A stretch of DNA of 64,000 nt from Macrostomum lignano. Taxonomy: Eukaryota. The stretch spans positions 248,001-312,000 of the forward strand of contig NIVC01000665.1 in assembly GCA_002269645.1 (NCBI GenBank), written 5' to 3'. A program made the translations under genes and the position numbers. The notes under the pieces were generated by a model. It searched no databases. It worked only from the letters and a program-made list of their open reading frames with translations, and was not told the DNA's origin. This document shows positions 25,316 through 42,200 of the stretch, piece after piece (position 1 is the stretch's first letter; each line of letters begins with the position of its first letter).

Positions 25316-26892
25316 CACCATTTTACCCTCGATTTTGAACAAGGAGAACTTCGAAACTGACAAACTCCTCTTCAATATTGACACTCTATGGTCGGGCACT
25401 CAAAATCTACAATCAATATTGACAGATCAAGCTTCAATTTTGACAAACCCTGGTTCAATTTTGACAATACACGTTTAGTCAACTTCTCCTGGGAGAATTC
25501 GGTAACAAAGTAATCCAATGAAAGCCTGAACGGGGAAAAAGTTATCTGTGCAAAATCAGCTGATTCTGACTTTTGGGATCTACAAGTATTGATAAAAAAA
25601 TTTTCTCCATCCTTTTACACACAGAGACTAAAATAGCCTGACTGGTTGGGCCGCAAAGTCCGATTCTATTTTGACAGAGTTGCTTCAAAACTGACACACT
25701 ATGGTTTGTGTACCCGAAAAGTCCCATCCATTTTTGACAACTCCTAATCAATATTGAACAGTTTACAATCAGTTTTGACTTTTTGCCTAAGATTTTGACA
25801 ATTCTAACTAAGAACCCTTAAGCTTGGAAATTTCGAGGCAGTCTTTTGTCTATGGCAGTTTGTTTTTTGTACATGTCTTGAGGCAGCCTGTACCTCGAAT
25901 CTAATTGGCTACGCTTCAGTTTTTATCATAGATGGTTGGTCAGACCAACGAATGCACATCTTGTCACGGAGGAATTCAAAAGAGCCGGAAAGCAGTTCTC
26001 GCTCTGCTCGTGTTTGTCACTTTTAATCGCTAATCTGAAGCACTAATTTAGTCAGGAGGATTGATAGCGACGCCACTTAAGGTTTTTTGAAGAGGAGCAG
26101 AGACAGCATGACCGCCGCAAAAATCGGTCTGTGTCCTTCCAGGACCGACAGCGCCTGATTTCTGCTCATGAGAACCGAGACGACTTTGTGCACCTGGCGA
26201 ATCAGTTGGGGATAAAGAGGAGGAGGACCATGGCACATGAAATCGTGCAGGGGGTGCCGCAAGCTCCCGCCGCCCATGTCCAGATACTTAACCTAACCTA
26301 GAAATCTAACAAATGCGTGTTATTAAACATACGAGTACAATACTTCTTTTGAATCTTTAACAATGCTACGTGTTTACGGCTTTTTTTCTGAAACATACAC
26401 AACCAATAACTGAAGTAATAAGGTAGCAGTCAAAACTGATTGTAAACTGTTCAATATTGATTAGGAGTTGTCAAAAATGGATGGGACTTTTCGGGTACAC
26501 AAACCATAGTGTGTCAGTTTTGAAGCAACTCTGTCAAAATAGAATCGGACTTTGCGGCCCAACCAGTCAGGCTATTTTAGTCTCTGTGTGTAAAAGGATG
26601 GAGAAAATTTTTTTATCAATACTTGTAGATCCCAAAAGTCAGAATCAGCTGATTTTGCACAGATAACTTTTTCCCCGTTCAGGCTTTCATTGGATTACTT
26701 TGTTACCGAATTCTCCCAGGAGAAGTTGACTAAACGTGTATTGTCAAAATTGAACCAGGGTTTGTCAAAATTGAAGCTTGATCTGTCAATATTGATTGTA
26801 GATTTTGAGTGCCCGACCATAGAGTGTCAATATTGAAGAGGAGTTTGTCAGTTTCGAAGTTCTCCTTGTTCGGGATCGAGGGTAAAATGGTG
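25316..26892. mobile_element. Foldback DNA transposon with 465-bp TIRs and TA TSD (Tc1/mariner-like)
   Basis: 25316-25780 is a near-perfect inverted repeat of 26428-26892 (CACCATTTTACCCTCGAT...); TA on both flanks; the spacer holds an HTH-like remnant on the + strand (about 26101-26260). Confidence 0.9.
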
Positions 26893-27659
26893 TATTAACT
26901 ATTTAGTATTTCAACTTCGCGATGAACACAGCCTTCAGTGTACATTTAAAGTACACTTTGAAAGAACACCCGTGAAAGTGCAATTTATTTATTTGCGACC
27001 AGAGTACAAAAAGTGCAACTGTACTTTAATGTTTCATTAAACAGTGTGTACTTTAATTGAGACAGATTTTTTTCGGATTTTAACCTTCCACTGACTAGTA
27101 TTTTACTGGTTTCGCGCTTTTTAAAAACTAGCCTTCATTTTTTCTCCATTTCATTTTGAGTCTCCTTTATTGGAGACCAACTGCGACACATTGAAATATC
27201 ATCGCCTTTTGTAAAATCTAGTCAGTCTTTTCTCAACTGATCTTAAATCGCATATTGCTTACGTCATTATTCTTGTTTTTACTCGTTTTTTATCTTTACG
27301 CAATCTTTCTGACGGTGTTTTTCGAGTGATTTGAAAATTTTACTTTTTTCTGGTTTGTTGCATTTTCTATTCGATTTATCTTCTCGGTATTTGCAAAGTA
27401 TAAAATAGTATTTAATAAACAACTTTCTTATGCGGTTTACGGGTCCGGTGAGCTTTGATTTTGTGTCAAAAATATGATGCACTGCGCTTCTCATGCCGAT
27501 CTGAAATATACGAAAATACTGTTTGAAACTTTAAAAAGTAAAGCACAGATTATATTTCAATCTTGCTGTTTTTTTCTGATAAGATTAGACTTAAACTATT
27601 TTATTATAATTTTCCTTTAATCTGTCAAATGAATCATAATAAATATAATACACTTGGGG

Positions 27660-28700
27660 TTCGGCCAATGACGAAGATAGAACAGCAGGCCGCTAGGTTA
27701 CCGGCACTGCCATCAGAGATGTACATGTACTGCGAAACCGCCGAGCTGCGCCAATCTCCCAGCATTTTGATGCGGTCCACGCTCAGCTCAGCATTGAAAG
27801 CAAACCCGGTCTTGCGGACCCCCCGCTAAGTCAGAGGCCGCCAGGATCGCGGTGAGCGCGCGAGAGCCCAAAGAGCAGCATCTGCCGGATCTGACAGCAG
27901 CAGCTGCTGGCGAATGCGCATCAGATGCTCCGGTCGGAGCCGTCGCTTAGTGGCTGCGCTGGGGTCCACGACTTGCTTCGGTGCCGTCTGATTCCTTTTA
28001 AGAAGACCGAGGCAGCGGCAATACCAGCTCTCAACGCTTGCAGACAGACTCGTAGGTTAGCCGTGTCGACTCCGCCAGAGACAACTCGATGATCAGACGA
28101 GCCGCCCGCCCCCGAAGCCGCCGTACCGCAGGGGCCAGGACCTGTAAAAGCAGATAATGGGAGGCAGCAGAGAAAGCAAATTCAAGCGAACACACTTGCA
28201 CAGTGCCATAAAAACGGATGCAAAAGTTAATTAGGCCACTCCGAGAGTAAAGATGCGAAATAGGGTCAGCATATAGGGTCAGTCTGAAACCAGCCCGGCA
28301 CATGAAAGAAGTTTAACACAACTTTGTTTGTGAAGCAGAAGAGACCATGACAGTCTGAAGCAAACGCAACAGGTCAGAGTCCTTAGGAAGCAGCCTTGTT
28401 TAGAATGCAGACAGCTGGATTATTGTCAGCGTGGCATACAACGAAGTGGCACGAGAGCTTTCTTTGTAGTTGATCGGGTACTTGGCAAATTGGCCATTGA
28501 AGTCCTCCCAGTCGATAAAGATGCCGTCCCAAAAATGATGGCTGCGCGGACGATGCAGCCGCCCGCCTTCTCAGAAGATTCACTGTCCAGCACCTGCATA
28601 CGATGAGATTCTTGGGCCAGAGCGTGCAGATTTCAAGGACCAGCCTAGCCACGCAGCGACTCATCCATGCGGACGCAGTGCCTGGGATGAGCTAGTAGAG
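27660..28700 (-). mobile_element. Decayed tyrosine-recombinase retrotransposon (DIRS/Ngaro-like): RNase H and YR fragments
   Basis: Minus-strand translations: VVCHADNNPAVCILNKAAS and FHVPG...ADPISH (DIRS-type RNase H); SLAESTRLTYESV and RPEHLMRIRQQLLLSDPADAALW (YR N-part); GFAFNAELSVDRIKMLGDWRSSAVSQYMY (YR C-terminal GDW-S...Y motif, 27721-27807). Confidence 0.8.
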
Positions 28701-29243
28701 AGTTGACTCTGGAAATAAGGTTGCGCAAGAAACTTCTAATTTTATATTGCTTTGAGTCAGTGTTGAAATCTGTGTGGAAGCTTACATGTACATGTATATC
28801 AGACTTGATTGAGATTGCGTAACCATTGTTAGGAGATGTGTGTTGAATTTAAATGCTACGATTCACCCTCTACGTGAAAAGACTGAACTGCGCAGTGGAC
28901 TGAGTTAAATATTTTAAGATGGACTAATTGCGTTTTCTATAACTTTCGTGTAGCGAATTTCTGTGCAATTTTACCTAGAAGATTTGTCAAGATAAATTCT
29001 TTGAATTCAGTAAACTTGAACTTTTATGTGAATATTAATTTGTTAAAACGACTTACAACTTTAATTCGACTATTTTCCAAGAGAGAAAATTGTGTTGTCG
29101 TCAATTGGTGGGGAGTAGGCCTAAGGGCTAAGCATCAGTTGATAACTTGATGTGGAATTGAATTAGGCGGTGAAAATCGTGTAGCGTTGCATTAACTGCA
29201 ATTGACGACAGGCATTTCGGTTAATTTCTGAAATCACGTTAGA

Positions 29244-33267
<4,024 letters not shown>

Positions 33268-33760
33268 AATTCTCCCTTGATAGTTGATTACTTGGTTGCC
33301 ATGGAAACTGATGTGTTTGTCAAAGGCCGTCGACGCACTGCCAGATGATGTCAGTATTTTTAATTTAATTTTTAATCTCTAAAAGAGTCTTGTTACTGTC
33401 TTTTATAAGCTATTGTTGAAAAAAAAGATTTGGTTTTCAACTCGCTACTGACAGTAGTACAATATCTATACTGTGGTGCGTTTTTGTCGCGTTAGAAAAA
33501 TCTAGTTTTTAATGTTGATAAATGAGCGATTTTAATGCATCGTTGCGTAGCATATCAATCGCTATGGTTGAACTGCAGGCGTTCTGTTGGAATGTGAAAT
33601 TTCTGTGTTCATCATCACTAATAAATGCTTGGAGATCTCGATTATGCATCTGCGTGCTTCCTTGTCAGCTGCTGGATTTGCGGTTTTTTTAATTAAATTA
33701 AGTTAAAAATATAATACTTATGCTTAGAATTCCAATCCCCATCTTTTATCAGAGGCAGGG

Positions 33761-33897
33761 GGTGTGTGCACCCTGGCGTACTTTAAGCGACATTGGCACA
33801 CAACCGGCGAGAGCCGAAGCCGAAGCCGAAGCAGGCACACAAGCGCGCGGATACGTACGCAGGCACACACTCACACAGGAGTGTACAGCGGCCCTAA
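33761..33897 (-). repeat. Short interspersed repeat, copy 2
   Basis: Inverted homolog of 11503-11658. Confidence 0.8.
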
Positions 33898-34089
33898 CTT
33901 TATTTTATCGTTAGGCATGTACACTTCACTGTGCCTTGGGGGTTGGCCCTCAATGACGTTAATTGCACGAGCAGAGCCAAGCCGAGATTCCAATTTAGGC
34001 CCAAATTAATGGGACTGCACTTGGAATCGAGCCTGGGCCGCAGGAACATCAGAGCGCCGCGCCGGACTACTGGGCTACGCGGGGGGGGG

Positions 34090-34258
34090 GGGGCATCACA
34101 ACTCCGAAAAACAAAATAGCAACGCGCATCATAAACCCGAAATATCACAAACCCGAAATATCATAACTCCGAAAGTTCTAGCAATGTCCAACACTATTTT
34201 GGTTTTCGAAGTTATGATATTTCGGAGTTGTGATTTTTCGGGTTTGTGATGGCAACCC
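34090..34258. mobile_element. Small palindromic MITE-like element
   Basis: CATCACAACTCCGAAAAA versus TTTTTCGGGTTTGTGATG, with internal nested inverted copies; no TSD established. Confidence 0.55.
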
Positions 34259-34601
34259 GGCTTAGCCCCCCCCCCATCCCGATTCCCATGCTTAAATATC
34301 CCATCGCTAAGAAAAGGTTTCTAGAACCCAGGATCTGAGTGTTGCAACTTGAAGCAAGTTGTGTGCGTGACACCCGACATTTCTCTTATGGCGGACTTTG
34401 CGAGGGTGCATTGTGGTTGTCTATTTTAATGGAACATCTGAACCTTTTGGGACAAGTTTTTTATGGCGTGTCGATTCCATTGATGATAGATTGACTGCTG
34501 TCTGTTGCATCAGCTGGTCTTGGCAATGAGCTGCGTGATTCTTGCAAGATTGCGATAAGAACCATCGTATAGCGTTTCAAGTCAATTGAGCTTGAGTAGG
34601 T

Positions 34602-34604
<3 letters not shown>

Positions 34605-34665
<61 letters not shown>

Positions 34666-35085
34666 CTAAGACAGGCAGACAGACAGACAGACAGACAGAC
34701 ACTAAGACAAGCAGACAGACAGACACACTAAGACAGGCAGACAGACAGACAGACACTAAGACAGGCAGACAGACAGACAGACACTAAGACAGGCAGATAG
34801 ACAGACAGACACTAAGACAGGCAGATAGACAGACACTAAGACAGGCAGACAGACAGACAGACACTAAAACAGGCAGACAGACAGACAGACACTAAGACAG
34901 GCAGATAGACAGACAGACAGACAGACACTAAGACAGGCAGATAGACAGACACTAAGACAGGCAGACAGACAGACAGACACTAAGACAGGCAGATAGACAG
35001 ACAGACACTAAGACAGGCAGATAGACAGACACTAAGACAGGCAGACAGACAGACAGACACTAAGACAGGCAGATAGACAGACAGA
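34605..35085 (+). repeat. Compound (GACA)n / ACTAAGACAGGCAG array
   Basis: Direct reading. Confidence 0.93.
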
Positions 35086-35504
35086 ATGTCACAGGTGCAA
35101 AGCAAACCTTTCGAACAGGCCTGTGACTCAACATATATATAAATTTCGGTGAAATGCAGTCGCACCTGCCATATACAGTAAAAAAACACCTTACCACAGC
35201 CCCCATGGTGATAAAGACCATTCAGACTTATCCTATGAGATGGAATGAGTCTCCTTCAGCCCTAAAGCACGCTACTGGACACACTGTTCTCACATATCAC
35301 ACTAATAGTTAGTTCAGTTGTAAATTTGCACCTGCAATTATAGCGAATAATAAATTCTTTACTTAAAATAACTACTATAAAGGTGATAAAAAGGTCCCAT
35401 ATACTAAAATTCCATACTAATTTAGCATCTCAACTGGTTGTAGTATAAAGAAATTTTACGTGGCATTGTGGCAAAATGCTCTTGCACCAAATTTTTATTA
35501 ATGA

Positions 35505-37800
35505 TGAAAAGACAATGGCGCCAGAATGAAGACAATGCCGCCAGAATGAAGACAATGGCGCCAGAATGAAGACAGTGGCGCCAGAATGAAGACAATGCCG
35601 CCAGAATGAAGACAATGGTTCCAGAATGAAGAGTGGTTCCAGAATGAAGACAGTGGTTCCAGAATGAAGACAATGGTGTCAGAATGAAGACAGTGGTTCC
35701 AGAATGAAGACAATGGCGCCAGAATGAAGACAATGGCGCCAGAATGAAGACAATGGTGCCAGAATGAAGAGTGGTTCCAGAATGAAGACAATGGCGCCAG
35801 AATGAAGACAGTGCCGCCAGAATGAAGACGGTGGCGCCAGAATGAAGAGTGGTTCCAGAATGAAGACAATGGCGCCAGAATGAAGACAATGGCGCCAGAA
35901 TGAAGACAATGGTGCCAGAATGAAGAGTGGTTCCAGAATGAAGACAATGGCGCCAGAATGAAGACAGTGCCGCCAGAATGAAGACGGTGGCGCCAGAATG
36001 AAGACAATGGTGCCAGAATGAAGACAGTGGCGCCAGAATGAAGACAATAGCGCCAGGATGAAGACAATGGCGCCAGAATGAAGACAATGGTGCCAGAATG
36101 AAGAGTGGTTCCAGAATGAAGACAGTGGCCCAAGGAGTGAAGACATTGGTGCCAGAATGAAGACAGTTGCGCCAGAATGAAGACATTGTTGCCAGAATAA
36201 AGACATTGGTGCCAGAATGAAGACAATGGCGCCAGAATGAAGACAGTTGCGCCAGAATGAAGACAGTTGCGCCAGAATGAAGACAATGGCGCCAGAATGA
36301 AGACATTGTTGCCAGAATGAAGACAGTGGCGCCAGAATGAAGACAGTTGCGCCAGAATTAAGACAGTGGCGCCAGAATGAAGACAATGGTGCCAGAATGA
36401 AGACAGTGGCGGCAGAATGAAGACGGTGGCGCCAGAATGAAGAGTGGTTCCAGAATGAAGACAATGGCGCCAGAATGAAGACAATGGCGCCAGAATGAAG
36501 ACAATGGTGCCAGAATGAAGAGTGGTTCCAGAATGAAGACAATGGCGCCAGAATGAAGACAGTGCCGCCAGAATGAAGACGGTGGCGCCAGAATGAAGAG
36601 TGGTTCCAGAATGAAGACAATGGCGCCAGAATGAAGACAATGGTGCCAGAATGAAGAGTGGTTCCAGAATGAAGACAATGGCGCCAGAATGAAGACAGTG
36701 CCGCCAGAATAAAGACGGTGGCGCCAGAATGAAGACAATGGTGCCAGAATGAAGACAGTGGCGCCAGAATGAAGACAATAGCGCCAGGATGAAGACAATG
36801 GCGCCAGAATGAAGACAATGGTGCCAGAATGAAGAGTGGTTCCAGAATGAAGACAGTGGCCCAAGGAGTGAAGACATTGGTGCCAGAATGAAGACAGTTG
36901 CGCCAGAATGAAGACAGTTGCGCCAGAATGAAGACAGTGGCGCCAGAATGAAGACATTGGTGCCAGAATGAAGACAATGGCGCCAGAATGAAGACAGTTG
37001 CGCCAGAATGAAGACAATGGTGCCAGAATGAAGACAGTGGCGGCAGAATGAAGACGGTGGCGCCAGAATGAAGAGTGGTTCCAGAATGAAGACAATGGCG
37101 CCAGAATGAAGACAATGGCGCCAGAATGAAGACAATGGTGCCAGAATGAAGAGTGGTTCCAGAATGAAGACAATGGCGCCAGAATGAAGACAGTGCCGCC
37201 AGAATGAAGACGGTGGCGCCAGAATGAAGAGTGGTTCCAGAATGAAGACAATGGCGCCAGAATGAAGACAATGGTGCCAGAATGAAGAGTGGTTCCAGAA
37301 TGAAGACAATGGCGCCAGAATGAAGACAGTGCCGCCAGAATGAAGACGGTGGCGCCAGGATGAAGACAATGGCGCCAGAATGAAGACAATGGTGCCAGAA
37401 TGAAGAGTGGTTCCAGAATGAAGACAGTGGCCCAAGGAGTGAAGACATTGGTGCCAGAATGAAGACAGTTGCGCCAGAATGAAGACAGTTGCGCCAGAAT
37501 GAAGACATTGTTGCCAGAATGAAGACATTGGTGCCAGAATGAAGACAATGGCGCCAGAATGAAGACAGTTGCGCCAGAATGAAGACAGTTGCGCCAGAAT
37601 GAAGACAATGGCGCCAGAATGAAGACATTGTTGCCAGAATGAAGACAGTGGCGCCAGAATGAAGACAGTTGCGCCAGAATTAAGACAGTGGCGCCAGAAT
37701 GAAGACAGTTGCGCCAGAATTAAGACAGTGGCGCCAGAATGAAGACAATGGTGCCAGAATGAAGACAGTGGCGGCAGAATGGAGACAGTGGCGGCAGAAT
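35505..37800 (+). repeat. 20-bp satellite CCAGAATGAAGACAATGGCG with 18-bp variants
   Basis: Direct reading; source of the 294-676 aa pseudo-ORFs. Confidence 0.96.
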
Positions 37801-38214
37801 GGATACCAGCCCAATTTATCCCTGCAGTTATAGTTTGTCCTCAGCTTGCACTTACTTTAGCAGAGCTCGGATTTTTTTAATTAAACATGCAGCATTGCGC
37901 TGCCGCCTACGCAACTGCGCGCGACCGCTCTTCAAGCAGGCATGGGGTATGTCCTCATGATACTGACTGTGATTGACAGCTATTTCATGACCAGTCAGTG
38001 AGTGGTTGGCTCAGCTTCATACAGAGATTTCTATCTCATCTTGCGCAGACATTCCATCGGAATTCTCGAGAGATCAGCATAGCTAACTAACTCTATATCC
38101 GTATATGAATGCTGCAGCGAACGGAGACTGGAAGTGAAGCAAATAAAACATCCTCATTGAATAGCCTGCCTGCCAAACTTCTGCAGGTTTTTTGCTGTCA
38201 GCAGCCCCTTAACA

Positions 38215-38860
38215 CCCCGTAACCCCTTCTGCCCCCCTCAGCACTCCCTGACCCCTCCTAGCCCCCTTCAGCACCCCTGACCCCTTCTAGCCCCCCTCAG
38301 CACCCCCTGACCCCTTCTGCCCCTCCTCAGCACCCCCTGACCCCTCCTAGCCCCCTCAGCACCCCCTGACCCCTTCTAGCCCCCCTCAGCACCCCCTGAC
38401 CCCTTCTGCCCCTCCTCAGCACCCCCTGACCCCTTCTAGCCCCTCAGCACCCCCTGACCCCTTCTAGCCCCCCTCAGCACCCCCTGACCCCTTCTGCCCC
38501 TCCTCAGCACCCCCTGACCCCTTCTAGCCTCCCTCAGCACCCCCTGACCCCTCCTAGCCCCCTTCAGCACCCCAGACCCCTAGCTTTTACCGCCCTCGCA
38601 GCACCCCTTTTAGCGCCCTCTCAGTACCCCCTGAACCCCCCGAAGCCTTCTAGCGCCCTCTCAGTACCCCCTGAATCCTTCAAGCGCCCTCTCAGCACCT
38701 CCTGAAGCCTTCAAGCGCCCTCTCAGCACCCCTGAAGCCTTCAAGCGCCCTCTCAGCACCCCCTGAAGCCTTCAAGCGCCCTCTCAGCACCCCCTGAAGC
38801 CTTCAAGCGCCCTCTCAGCACCCCCTGAAGCTTTCGAGCGCCCTATCAGAATCTCCTGAA
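38215..38860 (+). repeat. C-rich minisatellites (CAGCACCCCCTGACCCCTTCTAGCCCC-type)
   Basis: Direct reading; two related unit types. Confidence 0.88.
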
Positions 38861-39039
38861 GCCTTCTAGCAATCCTTCTTTTGCTGGATGCCTGGCAAAG
38901 ATCATTCTTAAAATCCTCCAGACCTCCTGTGAATTTGCATCCTTCTTCCTGCTATACTGTAATGGAATTGGGAAAAATATCCCACAGTAACAGACAATTC
39001 CCGATTCCCAACGCTTAGCGGGGGTTCCTCTTCCCGGGG

Positions 39040-39170
39040 CGCCCCGCCTCCCATTGGCCCGAGCCACCGCCCAATGGGATGCCGGACCGCCCGCTGGTTC
39101 TCGTCATTCCCCCACCAGGCCTTCCCAATTATCCTTCGAATCCACCTAGCTAAAAAGACTGGGGATAAAA
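39040..39170 (+). promoter_or_regulatory. Putative Zic proximal promoter
   Basis: GC box CCCCGCC, inverted CCAAT pair (ATTGG 39053, CCAAT 39071) and TATA-like GATAAAA 39164-39170, about 100 bp upstream of the ATG; inferred from motifs only. Confidence 0.4.
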
Positions 39171-39265
39171 GGCATCTTACCCGCCGCTCTCCCCAGGTAT
39201 CTTTGCCCTACCTGCAGAGCAGTCCATCACCCGCCAGGACCCTCAGTTCTATTTAACGCAGGCGA

Positions 39266-42200
39266 ATGTTCAGCCCGTACACCTGCCAGGTGGCCGCGGC
39301 TGAGGCCAACGCGCTGCATCACCAGACCCAGCATCCGCTTCATCAGCCGGCTCAACACCTGAACCCCTCCGGTGCTTCTCCGTCGAAAGAGTTTCTGTTC
39401 AGACGGCACCAGCCTCCTATCCAGCCTCATCAGCAAGACCAGCAGCATCTTGATCAACAGCATGCTCAGCAGCAGCACCCGCAGGTGGAATTTCCGTCAA
39501 CCTTTGTCCCGGCCGCCGGGCACCAGCAGCTGCAGGTGCAGACGATGTCGGAAAACACGGCGGTGGAGCAGCGGCAGCCAGCAGTAGCTCAGCATCAGTG
39601 TCAGCCGCAGGAGCATCCTCATCACGCCGTCCAGCATCATCAGCATCATCTGCAGCTTCATCATCAGCAGTCGCAGCGGACCTCGAGCTACCTGACTGAG
39701 CAGTATTACCCCAGCCACTTTGCCGCCGCCAACTTCGGCCACTTCAACCAGCTATCCGCCGCCTACGGGCCGGCTCTGTACCGCGCCTACCTGCAGCAGC
39801 AGGTCGGCTGCTTCTCCAAACAGTCGCCATCAGTGGTGCAGCCTCCCGCCCAGCATCCGGGGCCTCATCAGCAACACAGTCTGCATCATCATAATCAGCA
39901 GCAGCACTACCAGCAGCACTACTATCCCCATCAGCTGGGCGACTATCGCTGCCTCTGGCTAGAGCGCTTCGGCCGAACCTGCGGTCGCCTGTTCGCCAGC
40001 ATTCACGACATTGTGGTGCACATCACCGTTGACCACGTTGGCGGTAGGTTTGCCGATATGTATCGAAAAAAATCTTTGGCGCAGAAAAATGTCAAAAATG
40101 TCAATGTGCACGAGGGGTTGTTTAAAAAATCTAGAAATTTATGTTACAAATATTTTTTATATTTTTTTGTAAATTGAATCCCTCTTTTATTAGAATCGAA
40201 TAGTGCCGATATGTTTGGAAATTAGGCTTCGTTCAGCGATTTTAAGTAAATAAAAATTGTTTGTACACTACAGAACAGATTTTCAATAACTGTTAAGAGT
40301 TTTGAAATGCAAAAAAGAAGGTAAATATTGCTATTTTTGTGGATTAAACATTTTTATTGTTAGAAAACTGCAAAATAAAAAAAATATTTGAAGAAAAATG
40401 TTCTGGAGTACCAGGGCATCGATCCCTGTACCTCTCGCATGCTAAGCGAGCGCTCTACCATTTGAGCTAGTACCCCATCGGCGAAAGGTGCGACAAAGGA
40501 GGCCTAATCAAGTCTTACCCCACTCGCATTGCTCCGCAGGTCCGGAGCTGACTGACCACACCTGCTACTGGCAGGAGTGCCCCCGCAACTTGAAGCCTTT
40601 CAAAGCCAAGTACAAGCTGGTGAACCACATCCGGGTGCACACGGGAGAGAAACCGTTTCCCTGCCCGTTTCCCGGCTGCGGCAAAGTGTTTGCGAGGTCG
40701 GAGAATCTCAAAATTCATAAGCGAACGCATACTGGTAAGTCCTTCAGTAGGTCACCTCTACTCCCCTTCAGTCCTTCAGTAGGTCACCTCCACTCCCCTT
40801 CAGTCCTTCAGTAGGTCACCTCCAATCCACCCTCAGTCCTTCAGTAGGTCACCGCCACTCCCCTTCAGTCCTTCAGTAGGTCACCTCTACTCCCTTTCAG
40901 TCCTTCAGTAGGTCACCTCCACTCCCTTTCAGTCCTTCAGTAGGTCACCTCTACTCCCCTTCAGTCCTTCAGTAGGTCACCTCTACTCCCCTTCAGTCCT
41001 TCAGTAGGTCACCTCTACTCCCCTTCAGTCCTTCAGTAGGTCACCTCTACTCCCCTTGAAACTAAAAAAGAAATTGACTAACATGATGTCAAGCATGGCC
41101 CAGAACTTTTCACATTGTTTCCGGCCATTGCAACACGCAATTAAACTTGAGAACAATAACCAAGTCGCCAATTAGGCTGGCTGTGCAGGCATCTGCCTTT
41201 TTCTTCTTCAGCTCAAACTCCCAATTTTTCATGAATAATTAATGAGCAGCCCAGTTGAGAAGTTTATCGATCAATTTCTAACAGCAGGCTCTCAAGCAAT
41301 GAGTTTAAGAAAGCATTGGACGAAAAAAAGCCTTGCAAGCAAGTTCCCCACCCACCCACAATAGCGCCTCATCTCACCCTCACGCCGTTGTCAACCCGTA
41401 ACGGTTTTCTTGTTGCTTCTGATTGTCTTCCTGCAGTCTGCTTTCAGTCCTGCCTTCCTATACCCAACCTGCTGGCCCTGCAAAAAAGTTGTCACCTTGT
41501 TAATGAGTCAGGCGTTTTTGGGTACCTAACCTGGAGCTGCGTTACAGTCTAGAGTTGGTTACAGTCTAGAGTTGGTTACAGTCTAGAGTTGGTTACAGTC
41601 TAGAGTTGGTTACAGTCTAGAACTGGTTACAGTATAGAACTGGTTACAGTATAGAATTGGTTACAGTCTAGAGTTGGTTACAGTCTAGAATTGGTTACAG
41701 TCTAGAGTTGGTTACAGTCTAGAACTGGTTACAGTCTAGAATTGGTTACAGTCTAGAACTGGTTACAGTATAAAATTGGTTACAGTCTAGAATTGGTTAC
41801 AGTCTAGAACAGAACTGGTTACAGTCTAGAATTGGTTACAGTCTAGAATTGGTTACAGTCTAGAATTGGTTACAGTCTAGAATTGGTTACAGTCTAGAAC
41901 TGGTTACAGTATAGAATTGGTTACAGTCTAGAATTGGTTACAGTCTAGAACAGAACTGGTTACAGTCTAGAATTGGTTACAGTCTAGAACTGGTTACAGT
42001 CTAGAGTTGGTTACAGTCTAGAATTGGTTACAGTCTAGAACTGGTTACAGTCTAGAGTTGGTTACAGTCTAGAACTGGTTACAGTATACAGATAACTAGA
42101 GTAAGCTCGAGATACCTTTTCCACCGAATGGATGGTATGCAACAGGTGTAACAGGTGTAACATGACCCACGTGACTAAGCCACAACCGCACAGGCTCAGT

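Noticed and set aside
35422-37628. Long His/Trp-rich ORFs
   Set aside because: Same satellite artefact; all three frames are open.
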